In this document: in pieces, positions 54,557 to 63,078 of the stretch
Position numbering within the stretch: position 1 is the first letter of the stretch
Layout of the letters: every line of letters starts with the position of its first letter
NCBI GenBank assembly: GCA_045806225.1
Contig: JBJMJS010000132.1
Coordinates: 150 to 64,149, forward strand
DNA: 64,000 nt
Source of the DNA: Gaiellaceae bacterium
Lineage (GTDB): Bacteria; Actinomycetota; Thermoleophilia; Gaiellales; Gaiellaceae
Direction: 5' to 3'
Made by a program: the position numbers and the translations under genes
Notes under the pieces: model-generated
Databases searched by the model: none
Told to the model about the DNA's origin: nothing
The model's input: only the letters and a program-made list of their open reading frames with translations

Positions 54557-55631
54557 GTCAGGGGGCTCGCCGACCGACGCACGGGAGCGCGCAGCGCGGG
54601 CCCAGGCACGGCGCAAGCCGACGCTCGCCGACGTCGCGCAGCGCGCCGGCGTTTCGACGTCGACGGCCTCACGGGCTCTGAACGGCCACACCGGGCTCGC
54701 GCCGGCGACACGCGCAGCCGTCGTCGACGCGGCGGCGCGGCTCAACTTCCACCCTTCGGCACTCGCGCGTTCGCTCCGGACGCAGCAGACGCACACTGTC
54801 GGGTTCGTCGTCCCAGACGTCGCCAGCCCCTTCTACGCCGCCGCACTCAAGGGAGCACAGGGCCGGCTCGAGCAGGCCGGATATCGCGTGATGCTGATGG
54901 ACGCGAACCAGGATGTCGAGCGTGAGCTCGCCGCCCTCGAGACGCTGCTTTCGCACCAGGTCGACGGCCTGCTCGTCGCGACCGCCGGGATGCCGCGGCC
55001 GACGTTCGACGATGCCGTCTCGCCGCACCCCACGCCGGCGATCTTCTTCGACGGCGTGATCGACGGAGCAGGCGAGGGGACCGTGACGCTCGACAACGCC
55101 GGCGGCATCGCGCTGCTGGTCGAGCACCTTGCCGAACACGGCCATCGGCGGATCGCGTTCCTCGCGGGGTCCTTGCGTGAGAGCGCCGGGGCCGAACGGC
55201 TCGCTGCGTTCCGCGCTGCTGCGGCGGCGCGCGGCGTCGAGCCGCCCGAGCGCCATGTCAAGCTCTGTGAATGGGACATCGCCGCCGCCCGCCTCGCGAG
55301 TACCGAGTTGCTCGACGACCCGGACCGGCCGAGCGCCGTGATCGCCTCGAGCGCTGAGCTCGCGCTTGGTTTCCTGGCAGCCGCGGCCGCGGCGCGCGCG
55401 GCGATCCCGGACGACGTCGCACTCGTCTCGTTCGACGACCCGTACTTCGGCCGCCTCCTCGATCCGCCGTTGACGGCCATCGGGTACGACCCGTCCGAGA
55501 TCGGCGCGAGTGCCGCCGGGCTCCTCGTCGACGCGATGCGGTCGGGCGACGGATCGCAACGACACGTGCGCGTTCCGGTGACGTTGGTCCGCCGCCGCTC
55601 GTGCGGCTGCGTCATGGACGAGGACGCGTGA
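54555..55631 (+). CDS. LacI-family transcriptional regulator
   Basis: ORF 54504..55631. HTH KPTLADVAQRAGVSTSTASRALNG plus a periplasmic-binding-like effector domain. The track start at 54504 would overlap iolG; the TTG at 54543 or 54555 is more plausible. Confidence 0.8.
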   Translation: MSGGSPTDARERAARAQARRKPTLADVAQRAGVSTSTASRALNGHTGLAPATRAAVVDAAARLNFHPSALARSLRTQQTHTVGFVVPDVASPFYAAALKGAQGRLEQAGYRVMLMDANQDVERELAALETLLSHQVDGLLVATAGMPRPTFDDAVSPHPTPAIFFDGVIDGAGEGTVTLDNAGGIALLVEHLAEHGHRRIAFLAGSLRESAGAERLAAFRAAAAARGVEPPERHVKLCEWDIAAARLASTELLDDPDRPSAVIASSAELALGFLAAAAAARAAIPDDVALVSFDDPYFGRLLDPPLTAIGYDPSEIGASAAGLLVDAMRSGDGSQRHVRVPVTLVRRRSCGCVMDEDA

Positions 55632-56737
55632 ACAGCGTTCCCGCGATCCAGTTCGTCGGCGTCACCAAGCGATACGGCGCGCAGGAAGCGCTTCGTCCGA
55701 CGGATCTCGAGATCGCGGAGGGCGAGTTCTTCTGCCTGCTCGGCCCATCCGGATGCGGCAAGACGACGACACTGAACCTCGTCGGCGGCTTTGTCGCGCC
55801 GACTGCCGGCGAGATCCTCATCCGCGGCGAGAACGTGAGCCGGCTTCCGCCGTACCGCCGCGCTGTCAACACGGTGTTCCAGAACTACGCGCTCTTTCCG
55901 CACATGACCGTCCGCGACAACGTCGGATTCGGTCTGAAGATGGCGCGCGTCTCGAAGCGCGATGCGGGGGGACGGATCGAAGAAGCGCTCGCTCTGGTCG
56001 GCCTGGAGGCGTATGCCGACCGACTCCCGACCCAGCTGTCCGGCGGACAGCAGCAGCGCGTCGCCGTTGCGCGTGCCCTCGTCAACCGCCCCGCCGTCCT
56101 GTTGCTCGACGAGCCGCTCGGCGCGCTCGACCTGAAGCTGCGCAAACGTCTCCAGATCGAGCTGGCCCAGATCCACCGCGACGTCGGGACGACGTTCGTC
56201 TATGTGACGCACGATCAGGAAGAGGCGATGTCGATGGCCACGCGCATCGCCGTGATGAACGACGGTCACGTCGAGCAGGTCGGAGCGCCACACGAGATCT
56301 ACCACCGGCCGAAGACCGCGTTCGTCGCCGACTTCATCGGCGAGTCGAACTTCATGGAGGTCGAGCTGCGGCCGGACGAGCGTGCCGCGCAGCTCGACAA
56401 CGGCGTCGTCGTCCCGGCGCCGCCGTCGCGTGCACGGGGGCGCGCGACGCTCATGGTCCGCCCGGAGTCGATCCAGGTTCAGCGCGCGGCCGACGCCAAC
56501 GGCGCCGGACTGCGCGGAAGAATCGCCCAGTCGTCGTTCCTCGGAAGCCACACGCGTGTCGCGGTCAACTGCGACGGCGTGCCGGCACCGGTCACCGCCG
56601 CGCTGTTCGGCACGGAGGGTGTCGCTGCGCAGGACCTCGTGCCCGAAACGGAGGTCGTGCTGGTGTGGGACGCGGCAGACGCAGTGCTACTGGAAGGGGT
56701 CGAGGAGAGAGAGGAGGGTGTACGTGACGTCGCTTGA
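55628..56737 (+). CDS. ABC importer ATPase (PotA-like)
   Basis: 369 aa from a GTG overlapping the regulator stop (GTGA). GPSGCGKTT, QNYALFPHMTV, LSGGQQQRVAVARAL, LLDEPL, and a C-terminal TOBE-like region. Confidence 0.9.
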   Translation: MNSVPAIQFVGVTKRYGAQEALRPTDLEIAEGEFFCLLGPSGCGKTTTLNLVGGFVAPTAGEILIRGENVSRLPPYRRAVNTVFQNYALFPHMTVRDNVGFGLKMARVSKRDAGGRIEEALALVGLEAYADRLPTQLSGGQQQRVAVARALVNRPAVLLLDEPLGALDLKLRKRLQIELAQIHRDVGTTFVYVTHDQEEAMSMATRIAVMNDGHVEQVGAPHEIYHRPKTAFVADFIGESNFMEVELRPDERAAQLDNGVVVPAPPSRARGRATLMVRPESIQVQRAADANGAGLRGRIAQSSFLGSHTRVAVNCDGVPAPVTAALFGTEGVAAQDLVPETEVVLVWDAADAVLLEGVEEREEGVRDVA

Positions 56738-57869
56738 CGAACGGTTCTTTGCAGAACAGATGACGCGCGGTCGAATGCTGCGCCTCGGTGCGGTGAGTGC
56801 GTTGGGCGTGGTGGCGGCCGGCTGCGGTGGAAGCTCGAGCAAGTCCTCCGGAAGCGCGTCCGCAACCGGCAGGAGCTCGGACCCGGTGACGCTGAACTGG
56901 CTTACGTGGTCCGACCATTACGCGAACGACCAACTGGCGGCGGTGAAGAAGTCGACGAACGAACAGGGGCGCCCGCAGCTGTTCAGCGACAACGCGGACG
57001 CGTATCTGAAGATCAAGCAAACGGGTGACCAGTTCGACATCGTGTCGGGCGACGCCCTGTGGGTGCCGAAGTACAACCACGACAAGCTGACGAACTCGTT
57101 CGACCTTTCGTCACTGCCGGTGTCGGCACAGCTGTACTCGATCGCGCGCGACTTCCCGTTCTGGAAGGACGGCTCGAATTACATGGGCTATCCGTTCTCG
57201 TGGTCGACGGTCCAGATCTACTACAACCCGAAGTTCGTGCACACGGTGCCGGACTCGTGGCACGCGGTGCTGGACCCGAAGTACCGCGGGAAGGTCTCGC
57301 TGGAGAACATCCCGACGGACATGATGGCGATCGCCGGAAAGGCAACCGGTGCGAAGGAGCCGTACAGCATGACGACGGCAGAGATCGCGGACGCCAAGGG
57401 TTGGCTGAAGCAGTTCAAGCCGAACGTCCTGAAGCTGGCGTCGCAGAACAACGAGGTCGTGCGAGCGCTCGCCGACGGCTCGGCGTGGATCGGGATCACG
57501 AACCTCGGAACCGACGACCGCGTGAAGGACGCCGGCGGGCCGGTTGTCAAGCCGGCCTACCCACGTGAAGGGACGATCGGGTTCATCGACTCCGAGCAGA
57601 TGGTCAAGGCGTCGAAGAACCAGGATGCGTTCCCACGGTTCATCAACGCGATGCAACAGGCCCCGTATATCGCGCAGAACTTCTTGACGAACGGCCGGCC
57701 GCTGTTCAACGAGAAGAGCTACAAGATGCTCGTCGCCCAGGGCCACGGCGACCGCGCGCAGCGGCTGCTGTACAACCAGCCCGAGAAGGCGCTGAAGATG
57801 ACGCTGAAGGGCCCGTCCGGCAACGAGCAGGCCTACACCGACGCGTTCAACGAGGTCTTCGGCGCGTAG
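56724..57869 (+). CDS. ABC importer substrate-binding lipoprotein (PotD-like, polyamine/opine/phosphonate family)
   Basis: ORF 56382..57869. The GTG at 56724 is preceded by GGAGAGAGAGGAGGG; the alternative is the ATG at 56760. The signal peptide carries the lipobox VAAGC. Overall the protein resembles PotD/PotF (WVPKY..., YYNPK..., GFIDSE). Confidence 0.8.
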   Translation: MTSLDERFFAEQMTRGRMLRLGAVSALGVVAAGCGGSSSKSSGSASATGRSSDPVTLNWLTWSDHYANDQLAAVKKSTNEQGRPQLFSDNADAYLKIKQTGDQFDIVSGDALWVPKYNHDKLTNSFDLSSLPVSAQLYSIARDFPFWKDGSNYMGYPFSWSTVQIYYNPKFVHTVPDSWHAVLDPKYRGKVSLENIPTDMMAIAGKATGAKEPYSMTTAEIADAKGWLKQFKPNVLKLASQNNEVVRALADGSAWIGITNLGTDDRVKDAGGPVVKPAYPREGTIGFIDSEQMVKASKNQDAFPRFINAMQQAPYIAQNFLTNGRPLFNEKSYKMLVAQGHGDRAQRLLYNQPEKALKMTLKGPSGNEQAYTDAFNEVFGA

Positions 57870-58796
57870 ATGCGGCCTCCAGGCTCCGTAGGCGCGGCAA
57901 CGACGGCAGATGCACCGCTGCCGTCGCGCCGCGCCTCGGGCCGCTGGTCGTCGCGACTCGGGCAGTACGCGGGCTTCGGCCCTGCGCTCGTGCTCTTCGG
58001 GCTCTTCTTCCTGGTCCCGCTCGGGCTGATCGTCTGTTACAGCTTCTGGCAGGTCATCGACTACAACGTCGTCCACGACTGGACGATCGGGAACTACCGC
58101 TATTTCTTCAGCGTCCCGACGTACGTCTCGACGCTGTGGGCGACGGTATGGGTCGCCGTTCTCGCGACGGCGCTGACGCTGCTGATCGCGTTTCCGTTCG
58201 CGTACTGGCTCGCGCGCTACGTCCCGAAGCGGCTGCAGAAGATCTTGCTCGTGCTCGTGATCCTGCCGTTCTGGACGAGCTATCTCCTCCGCGTCTACTC
58301 GTGGCTGACGATCCTCGGGCCGAAGGGGGCGGTCAACCGCTTCCTCGAATGGACCGGCGCGACGTCGAAGCCCGTCTCCTTCTTTCTGTACGACCGGCCG
58401 GCGGTCGTGCTCGTGCTCGTGTACCTCTATTTCCCGTTCGCCGCGTTGACGCTGTACGCATCGCTCGAGCGATTCGACTGGAACCAGTTCCGCGCGGCAA
58501 TGGACCTCGGCGCGACTCCGGCCCGGGCGATGTGGAAGATCCTCCTCCCGCAGGTCCGCCCCGGCATGACGACCGCCGTGATCTTCGTGTTCATCCCGAT
58601 CCTCGGCGAGTACCTGACGCCACAGCTCGTCGGCGGCGCGCGGGGCGTGATGATCGGGAACCTGATCGTGAACTTCTTCCAGGGCGCGCAGTACACGCGC
58701 GGCGCCGCAGCCGCGCTGCTGATCGCCGCGCTGATCGTGCTTCTGCTCGTGATCTTCCGGCGCTCGCTCGAGGTCGAGGACGTCTATGGCGCGTGA
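57870..58796 (+). CDS. ABC importer permease (PotB-like)
   Basis: 308 aa with six TMs. EAA-loop region AAMDLGATPARAMWKILLPQVRPG. Confidence 0.85.
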   Translation: MRPPGSVGAATTADAPLPSRRASGRWSSRLGQYAGFGPALVLFGLFFLVPLGLIVCYSFWQVIDYNVVHDWTIGNYRYFFSVPTYVSTLWATVWVAVLATALTLLIAFPFAYWLARYVPKRLQKILLVLVILPFWTSYLLRVYSWLTILGPKGAVNRFLEWTGATSKPVSFFLYDRPAVVLVLVYLYFPFAALTLYASLERFDWNQFRAAMDLGATPARAMWKILLPQVRPGMTTAVIFVFIPILGEYLTPQLVGGARGVMIGNLIVNFFQGAQYTRGAAAALLIAALIVLLLVIFRRSLEVEDVYGA

Positions 58797-59637
58797 CCTC
58801 GACGTCGTCTCGCCGCGCGGCCGCGTCGTCCGCGGTGCGTTGAGCGTCTGGGCGATCCTGATCTATGCGTTCCTGTTCGCGCCGATCATCCTGCTCGTCG
58901 TGTTCAGCTTCAACGCGAACCGCTACGGGACGTTCCCGATCACAGGCTGGACCGGCAAGTGGTACAGCCAGGTGTTCCACGACTACCAGATCCGTGACGC
59001 GCTGACGACGACGCTGCAGGTTGCGCTCGAGGTCACCCTGGTCAGCACGATCGTCGGCACCGCAGCGGCGTTCCCGCTCGTGCGATCGCGCCTGCCGTTC
59101 CGCAGCGGGATTCGGATCGTGATGGTGCTGCCGATCATGATCCCCGGCCTCCTGATCGGGATCAGCCTGCTCGTCCTGCTGACGAGCGTCTTCCACTGGA
59201 CCCTGTCGCCGACGACGGCCGTGATCGGGCAGAGCGTGTACACGACGCCGTTCGTCATGCTCCTCGTCGCCGCGCGCCTCCAGGGATTCGACGTCAGCCT
59301 CGAGCGCGCCGCGAGCGATCTCGGCGCGAACACGGTGCAAAGGTTGCGTTACGTCGTCTTGCCGCTGATCGCGCCGGCGATCCTGGCCGGCGCGCTCTTC
59401 GCATTCACGCTGTCGCTCGACGAGTTCATCATCACGCTGTTTCTGATCGGCAGCCACAACACGCTCCCGATCTACATCTACACGCAGGTCAAGTTCGGAA
59501 TCACGCCGGAGGTCAACGCGCTTGCGTCGCTCCTGCTCGCGGCGTCGCTGTTCCTGCTCGCACTGGCTGTAGTCCTTCCCGGCTCGATTCGCCGCGTCGC
59601 CCGCCGCGTGCCGCGACGCGCCGCCGCGTCGGCCTAA
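58786..59637 (+). CDS. ABC importer permease (PotC-like)
   Basis: 283 aa. AASDLGANTVQRLRYVVLPLIAPA...SLDEFIITLFL. Confidence 0.85.
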   Translation: MARDLDVVSPRGRVVRGALSVWAILIYAFLFAPIILLVVFSFNANRYGTFPITGWTGKWYSQVFHDYQIRDALTTTLQVALEVTLVSTIVGTAAAFPLVRSRLPFRSGIRIVMVLPIMIPGLLIGISLLVLLTSVFHWTLSPTTAVIGQSVYTTPFVMLLVAARLQGFDVSLERAASDLGANTVQRLRYVVLPLIAPAILAGALFAFTLSLDEFIITLFLIGSHNTLPIYIYTQVKFGITPEVNALASLLLAASLFLLALAVVLPGSIRRVARRVPRRAAASA

Positions 59638-60707
59638 CCGACCTGCGTCCAGCGACCACCCGCCTCGGCGCTCTCGACAGCTGCCGCCAGCAAGCGCATG
59701 CCGCGGTCGCCGTCGGCGAGCGTCGGGAACGGTCCGTGCTCTGCGCCCGTCATCGCGCCGTACGCAGCGCCGACGATGTTCCGGAACGCATCGCCGTAGC
59801 CTTCTGCGTGCCCCGCCGGCCAGCGCGCGAACGACGCCGCCGGCCCGGCGTTTGCGGCCGGATCCTTGACGACGATCTCCGTCGGCGCCGTGGCGTGCCG
59901 CCGGTAGAGGGCATTCGGCTCCTCCTGGTCCCACGTGAAACCGCCCTCGCTCCCTTCCAGCTCGAACACGAGCTGGTTCTTCCGGCCGGGCGCGAGCGCA
60001 CTGAAGGTCGCAGCACCGGTTGCGCCGTTGTCGAAGTGCAGCAGGAGCGTTGCGTGGTCTTCGAGCTCCCGGCCCGGGACGACGGTCCGGAAGTCGGCGA
60101 GCAGCTCGACGATGCGCGCGCCGGTCGCGTGCTCGGCAAGATCGAGCCAGTGAGCGCCGAGGTCGCCCGTCACGTACGTCGGCCCGGAGCGCGCCCGCTC
60201 TACGCGCCAGCCGCCCGATGTGACGAGCGCGTCGTCGCAGACGTACCGGCCGTGGACGACCCGGACGTCTCCGATGTCGCCTCGCTCGACGGCCGTGCGC
60301 ATCTCCGCGACGAGCGGATAGCCCCGGACGTGGTACGCGACCGCGCCGACGCGTCCTGACGACTCGGCCGCGGCGATCATCTGCTCGCTCTCGGCAGTGC
60401 TCGTCGCGAGTGGCTTCTCGCAGACGACGTGCGCGTCGCGCTCGAATGCGAGGACCGTCTGCTCTGCGTGAAGGGCGTTTGGCGTGCAGACGTGGAGAAC
60501 GTCGATGCGCTCGCGCTCGAGCATCTCGACGAGCGAGGTATACGCCCGCGCATCCGCGAGCTCGCGCGCGAACGTCTCGGCGCCGTCATCCGTACGACTG
60601 CACACGGCGACGACACTGCCGCCGATCGAGCGCACGGCCGCGGCGTGGACACGGGCGACGAACCCCGAGCCGACGATCCCGGTGCGCAGCGACGCTGCGT
60701 CGTTCAC
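59634..60707 (-). CDS. Gfo/Idh/MocA-family oxidoreductase
   Basis: 357 aa from a GTG overlapping the upstream stop (GTGA). Rossmann motif LRTGIVGSGFVARVHA, plus VCEKPLA. Its stop codon overlaps the stop of the convergent permease (CTAA). Confidence 0.8.
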   Translation of the reverse strand: MNDAASLRTGIVGSGFVARVHAAAVRSIGGSVVAVCSRTDDGAETFARELADARAYTSLVEMLERERIDVLHVCTPNALHAEQTVLAFERDAHVVCEKPLATSTAESEQMIAAAESSGRVGAVAYHVRGYPLVAEMRTAVERGDIGDVRVVHGRYVCDDALVTSGGWRVERARSGPTYVTGDLGAHWLDLAEHATGARIVELLADFRTVVPGRELEDHATLLLHFDNGATGAATFSALAPGRKNQLVFELEGSEGGFTWDQEEPNALYRRHATAPTEIVVKDPAANAGPAASFARWPAGHAEGYGDAFRNIVGAAYGAMTGAEHGPFPTLADGDRGMRLLAAAVESAEAGGRWTQVG

Positions 60708-61795
60708 GCGCGGCCGCGGGCGGCCAGGAACATCCTGGTCAGGACATCCATATCGAGCCTCGCCTGCTGGGGCGGCGTGCGGCACTCGACGCCGCGGGTG
60801 ACGCAGTCGTGGAAATGGACGAGCTCGCGGGCGAAGCTCTCCTCGTAGCTCTCGAACGATTCCGTGACGCGCGCGCCGTCGCGCGCGCGGGAGACTTCGT
60901 AGAGCGTCGGGGACTGCTTCAGCCACGGCGACGGGAACGTCAGCGAGTGAACCTCCTCCGCGAAGAAGAACGACACCGACTCGCGGTATTCGAAGATGTC
61001 GAGCAGCTGGATCCACGCGCTGTCCCACCGCGCGCCGTTCGCGAGCCGCACCGAACCCGTGACGGCCGCGCCGCCGTTCCACCAGTCGCCGTCGACGACC
61101 TCGCCGGGGAGCGGCTCCCCGAGCCGCTCCAGCAGCCCGTGCACCAGGTTGACGTCGTGCACGAGGCTCCCCAGGAAGGCCTCCGAAAAGGCATAGACCT
61201 CCTCCGGCGAATCGGCTCCGGTTGCGTCGCGGACCTGCGCCGCGAGCGCATCCCGGCCGGTCGCGACGATCTCCGGTGCAACGTCGCCGCGGATCAGGTC
61301 GCCGGGCGCGAAGAACGGCCCGAACTCCGGGTCGTGGACGACGACGCGGATGTACCGCAGATCGTCGGCCGACGCCGGTAGCGACTCCAGCATCCGCTCC
61401 CAGGCACGGTCGTAGCGCTTCATGTAGCCGACCTGCACGACGCGGTCGCTCGAGCGGCTCGCCTCGACGATCCGGTCCGCGTCCGCGAGCGAGATGCACA
61501 TCGGCTTTTCGACAAAGACGTGCAGACCGGCGGCGAGCGCGTCGAGCGCGACGTCGGCATGGGTCTGCGCCGGTGAGCAGATGACGACGGCATCGAGCTC
61601 GGTCTCCGCGAGCATGGTCCGGTGGTCGGCGTAGACGCGCTCGAGCTTGTAACGCGCCTGCAGTCCCCGACGCACGGCCTCGGACGGATCGACGACGGTG
61701 GTGAGCTCGAAGCGGTCCCCGAACGCGGCGAGGAAGTGAATGTGCATCGCCTGCGCGACGAGACCGCCGCCGACGACCCCGACGCGCAGCCTCAC
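60704..61795 (-). CDS. Gfo/Idh/MocA-family oxidoreductase
   Basis: 363 aa from a GTG overlapping the aminotransferase stop (GTGA). VRLRVGVVGGGLVAQAMH, VFVEKPM and QVGYMKRYD. Confidence 0.8.
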   Translation of the reverse strand: MRLRVGVVGGGLVAQAMHIHFLAAFGDRFELTTVVDPSEAVRRGLQARYKLERVYADHRTMLAETELDAVVICSPAQTHADVALDALAAGLHVFVEKPMCISLADADRIVEASRSSDRVVQVGYMKRYDRAWERMLESLPASADDLRYIRVVVHDPEFGPFFAPGDLIRGDVAPEIVATGRDALAAQVRDATGADSPEEVYAFSEAFLGSLVHDVNLVHGLLERLGEPLPGEVVDGDWWNGGAAVTGSVRLANGARWDSAWIQLLDIFEYRESVSFFFAEEVHSLTFPSPWLKQSPTLYEVSRARDGARVTESFESYEESFARELVHFHDCVTRGVECRTPPQQARLDMDVLTRMFLAARGRA

Positions 61796-63033
61796 GGGAG
61801 GACCTGCGTTGCCACCTTCTCGAACGCGAACGCGATTTCGTCGAGATCTTGCTCGGTGCAGAGCGGTGACACGTCGACGTGGATCGACCGCTCGAGGAGT
61901 GCGAGTGTCCGAGGGCACTCGGGTGCGGGAGCGCCGGCGGCTTCGATCGCGGCGAGCACGGGCGCCCAGTACGGGTACACGTGCAGGTCAGGTGTGGCCG
62001 GGTCGTAGATCCGCATCGCGAGGACGCCCTCGGCGATCAGCGCGTCGACCGCGTCCTTCGCGCGCTCGGCGTCGTCGGCGAAGGCGATCAGCGCGATGCC
62101 CGCGTCGCCGTCGGCGTCGTTTGCACGCCGAAGCGTCAACCCGGGGAGATCCTTGGTCCGAGCGACGAGCGTCGCGTGGCTCGCGCGCATGCGCTCGAGC
62201 AGGCCGTCGAGGCGACGTAGCTGGACGCGCGCCATTGCGCCCGTCAGCTCCGACGCACGGAAGTTCCACCCGGCGAACTTCGGAAGCCCGACGCCTCGCC
62301 GGACCGAGTTCGCGCAGTCGTGAACGTCGAGCGCGAGGTCGAGGAGGTCGTCGCGGTCGGTGATCAGTGCGCCGCCCTCGCCCGTCGTGATGATCTTGTT
62401 GAACTGAAGGCTGAACGCGCCGGCGTCGCCGAACGTCCCGAGCCGCCGTCCGCGGAACGTCGCCCCTGCCGCCTGGCAGACGTCCTCGACGAGCACGAGG
62501 TCGTGCCGGGCAGCGAGCTCCACGAGGGAATCCATCGCCGCAGGCGCGCCGCGCATGTGCACCGGGAGGATCGCGCGCGTCCTGTCTGTGATCCGCCGCT
62601 CGACGTCGGCCGGATCGAGCGTCAGGGACTCGTCGACCTCGGCGAGTACGGGTAGCGCCCGGGTCGCGAGCACGGCGTTCGGCGTCGCATTCCATGTGTA
62701 CGCCGGAACGATGACCTCGTCCCCCTCGCCGACGCCGGCGCCGATCAGACCGCAGATGAGCGCGGACGAGCCCGCGTTGACGCAGAGCGCATGCTTCGCG
62801 CCCATGGCTTCAGCGAGCTCGCGTTCGAACGACGCGACCTCGTCGGGCCCGGCGCCGACGCCGTAGTAGCGGAAGAGGTTCTTGCTCTCGATCACGCGCC
62901 GGAGCGCATCGATCTCCTCGGCTCCGACCTCCATCCCGCCCGGGAACATCGGCGCCTCGGGGCGAGTCCGTGCCGGCGCCCCGCCGTCCCGTGCGAGCGT
63001 CAGGTCCCGGCGGGTCTCGGTCGGCGTCGCCAT
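61792..63033 (-). CDS. DegT/DnrJ/EryC1/StrS-family PLP-dependent aminotransferase
   Basis: 413 aa. CVNAGSSALICGL, GDEVIVPAYTWNATPNAV, PVHMRG, VEDVCQAAGATF, and FSLQFNKIITTGEGG (the PLP lysine context). Confidence 0.85.
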   Translation of the reverse strand: MATPTETRRDLTLARDGGAPARTRPEAPMFPGGMEVGAEEIDALRRVIESKNLFRYYGVGAGPDEVASFERELAEAMGAKHALCVNAGSSALICGLIGAGVGEGDEVIVPAYTWNATPNAVLATRALPVLAEVDESLTLDPADVERRITDRTRAILPVHMRGAPAAMDSLVELAARHDLVLVEDVCQAAGATFRGRRLGTFGDAGAFSLQFNKIITTGEGGALITDRDDLLDLALDVHDCANSVRRGVGLPKFAGWNFRASELTGAMARVQLRRLDGLLERMRASHATLVARTKDLPGLTLRRANDADGDAGIALIAFADDAERAKDAVDALIAEGVLAMRIYDPATPDLHVYPYWAPVLAAIEAAGAPAPECPRTLALLERSIHVDVSPLCTEQDLDEIAFAFEKVATQVLP

Positions 63034-63078
63034 CGGTGGCCCATTCTGGACATGAAATCGATTGCGATCAAGCGCAGG

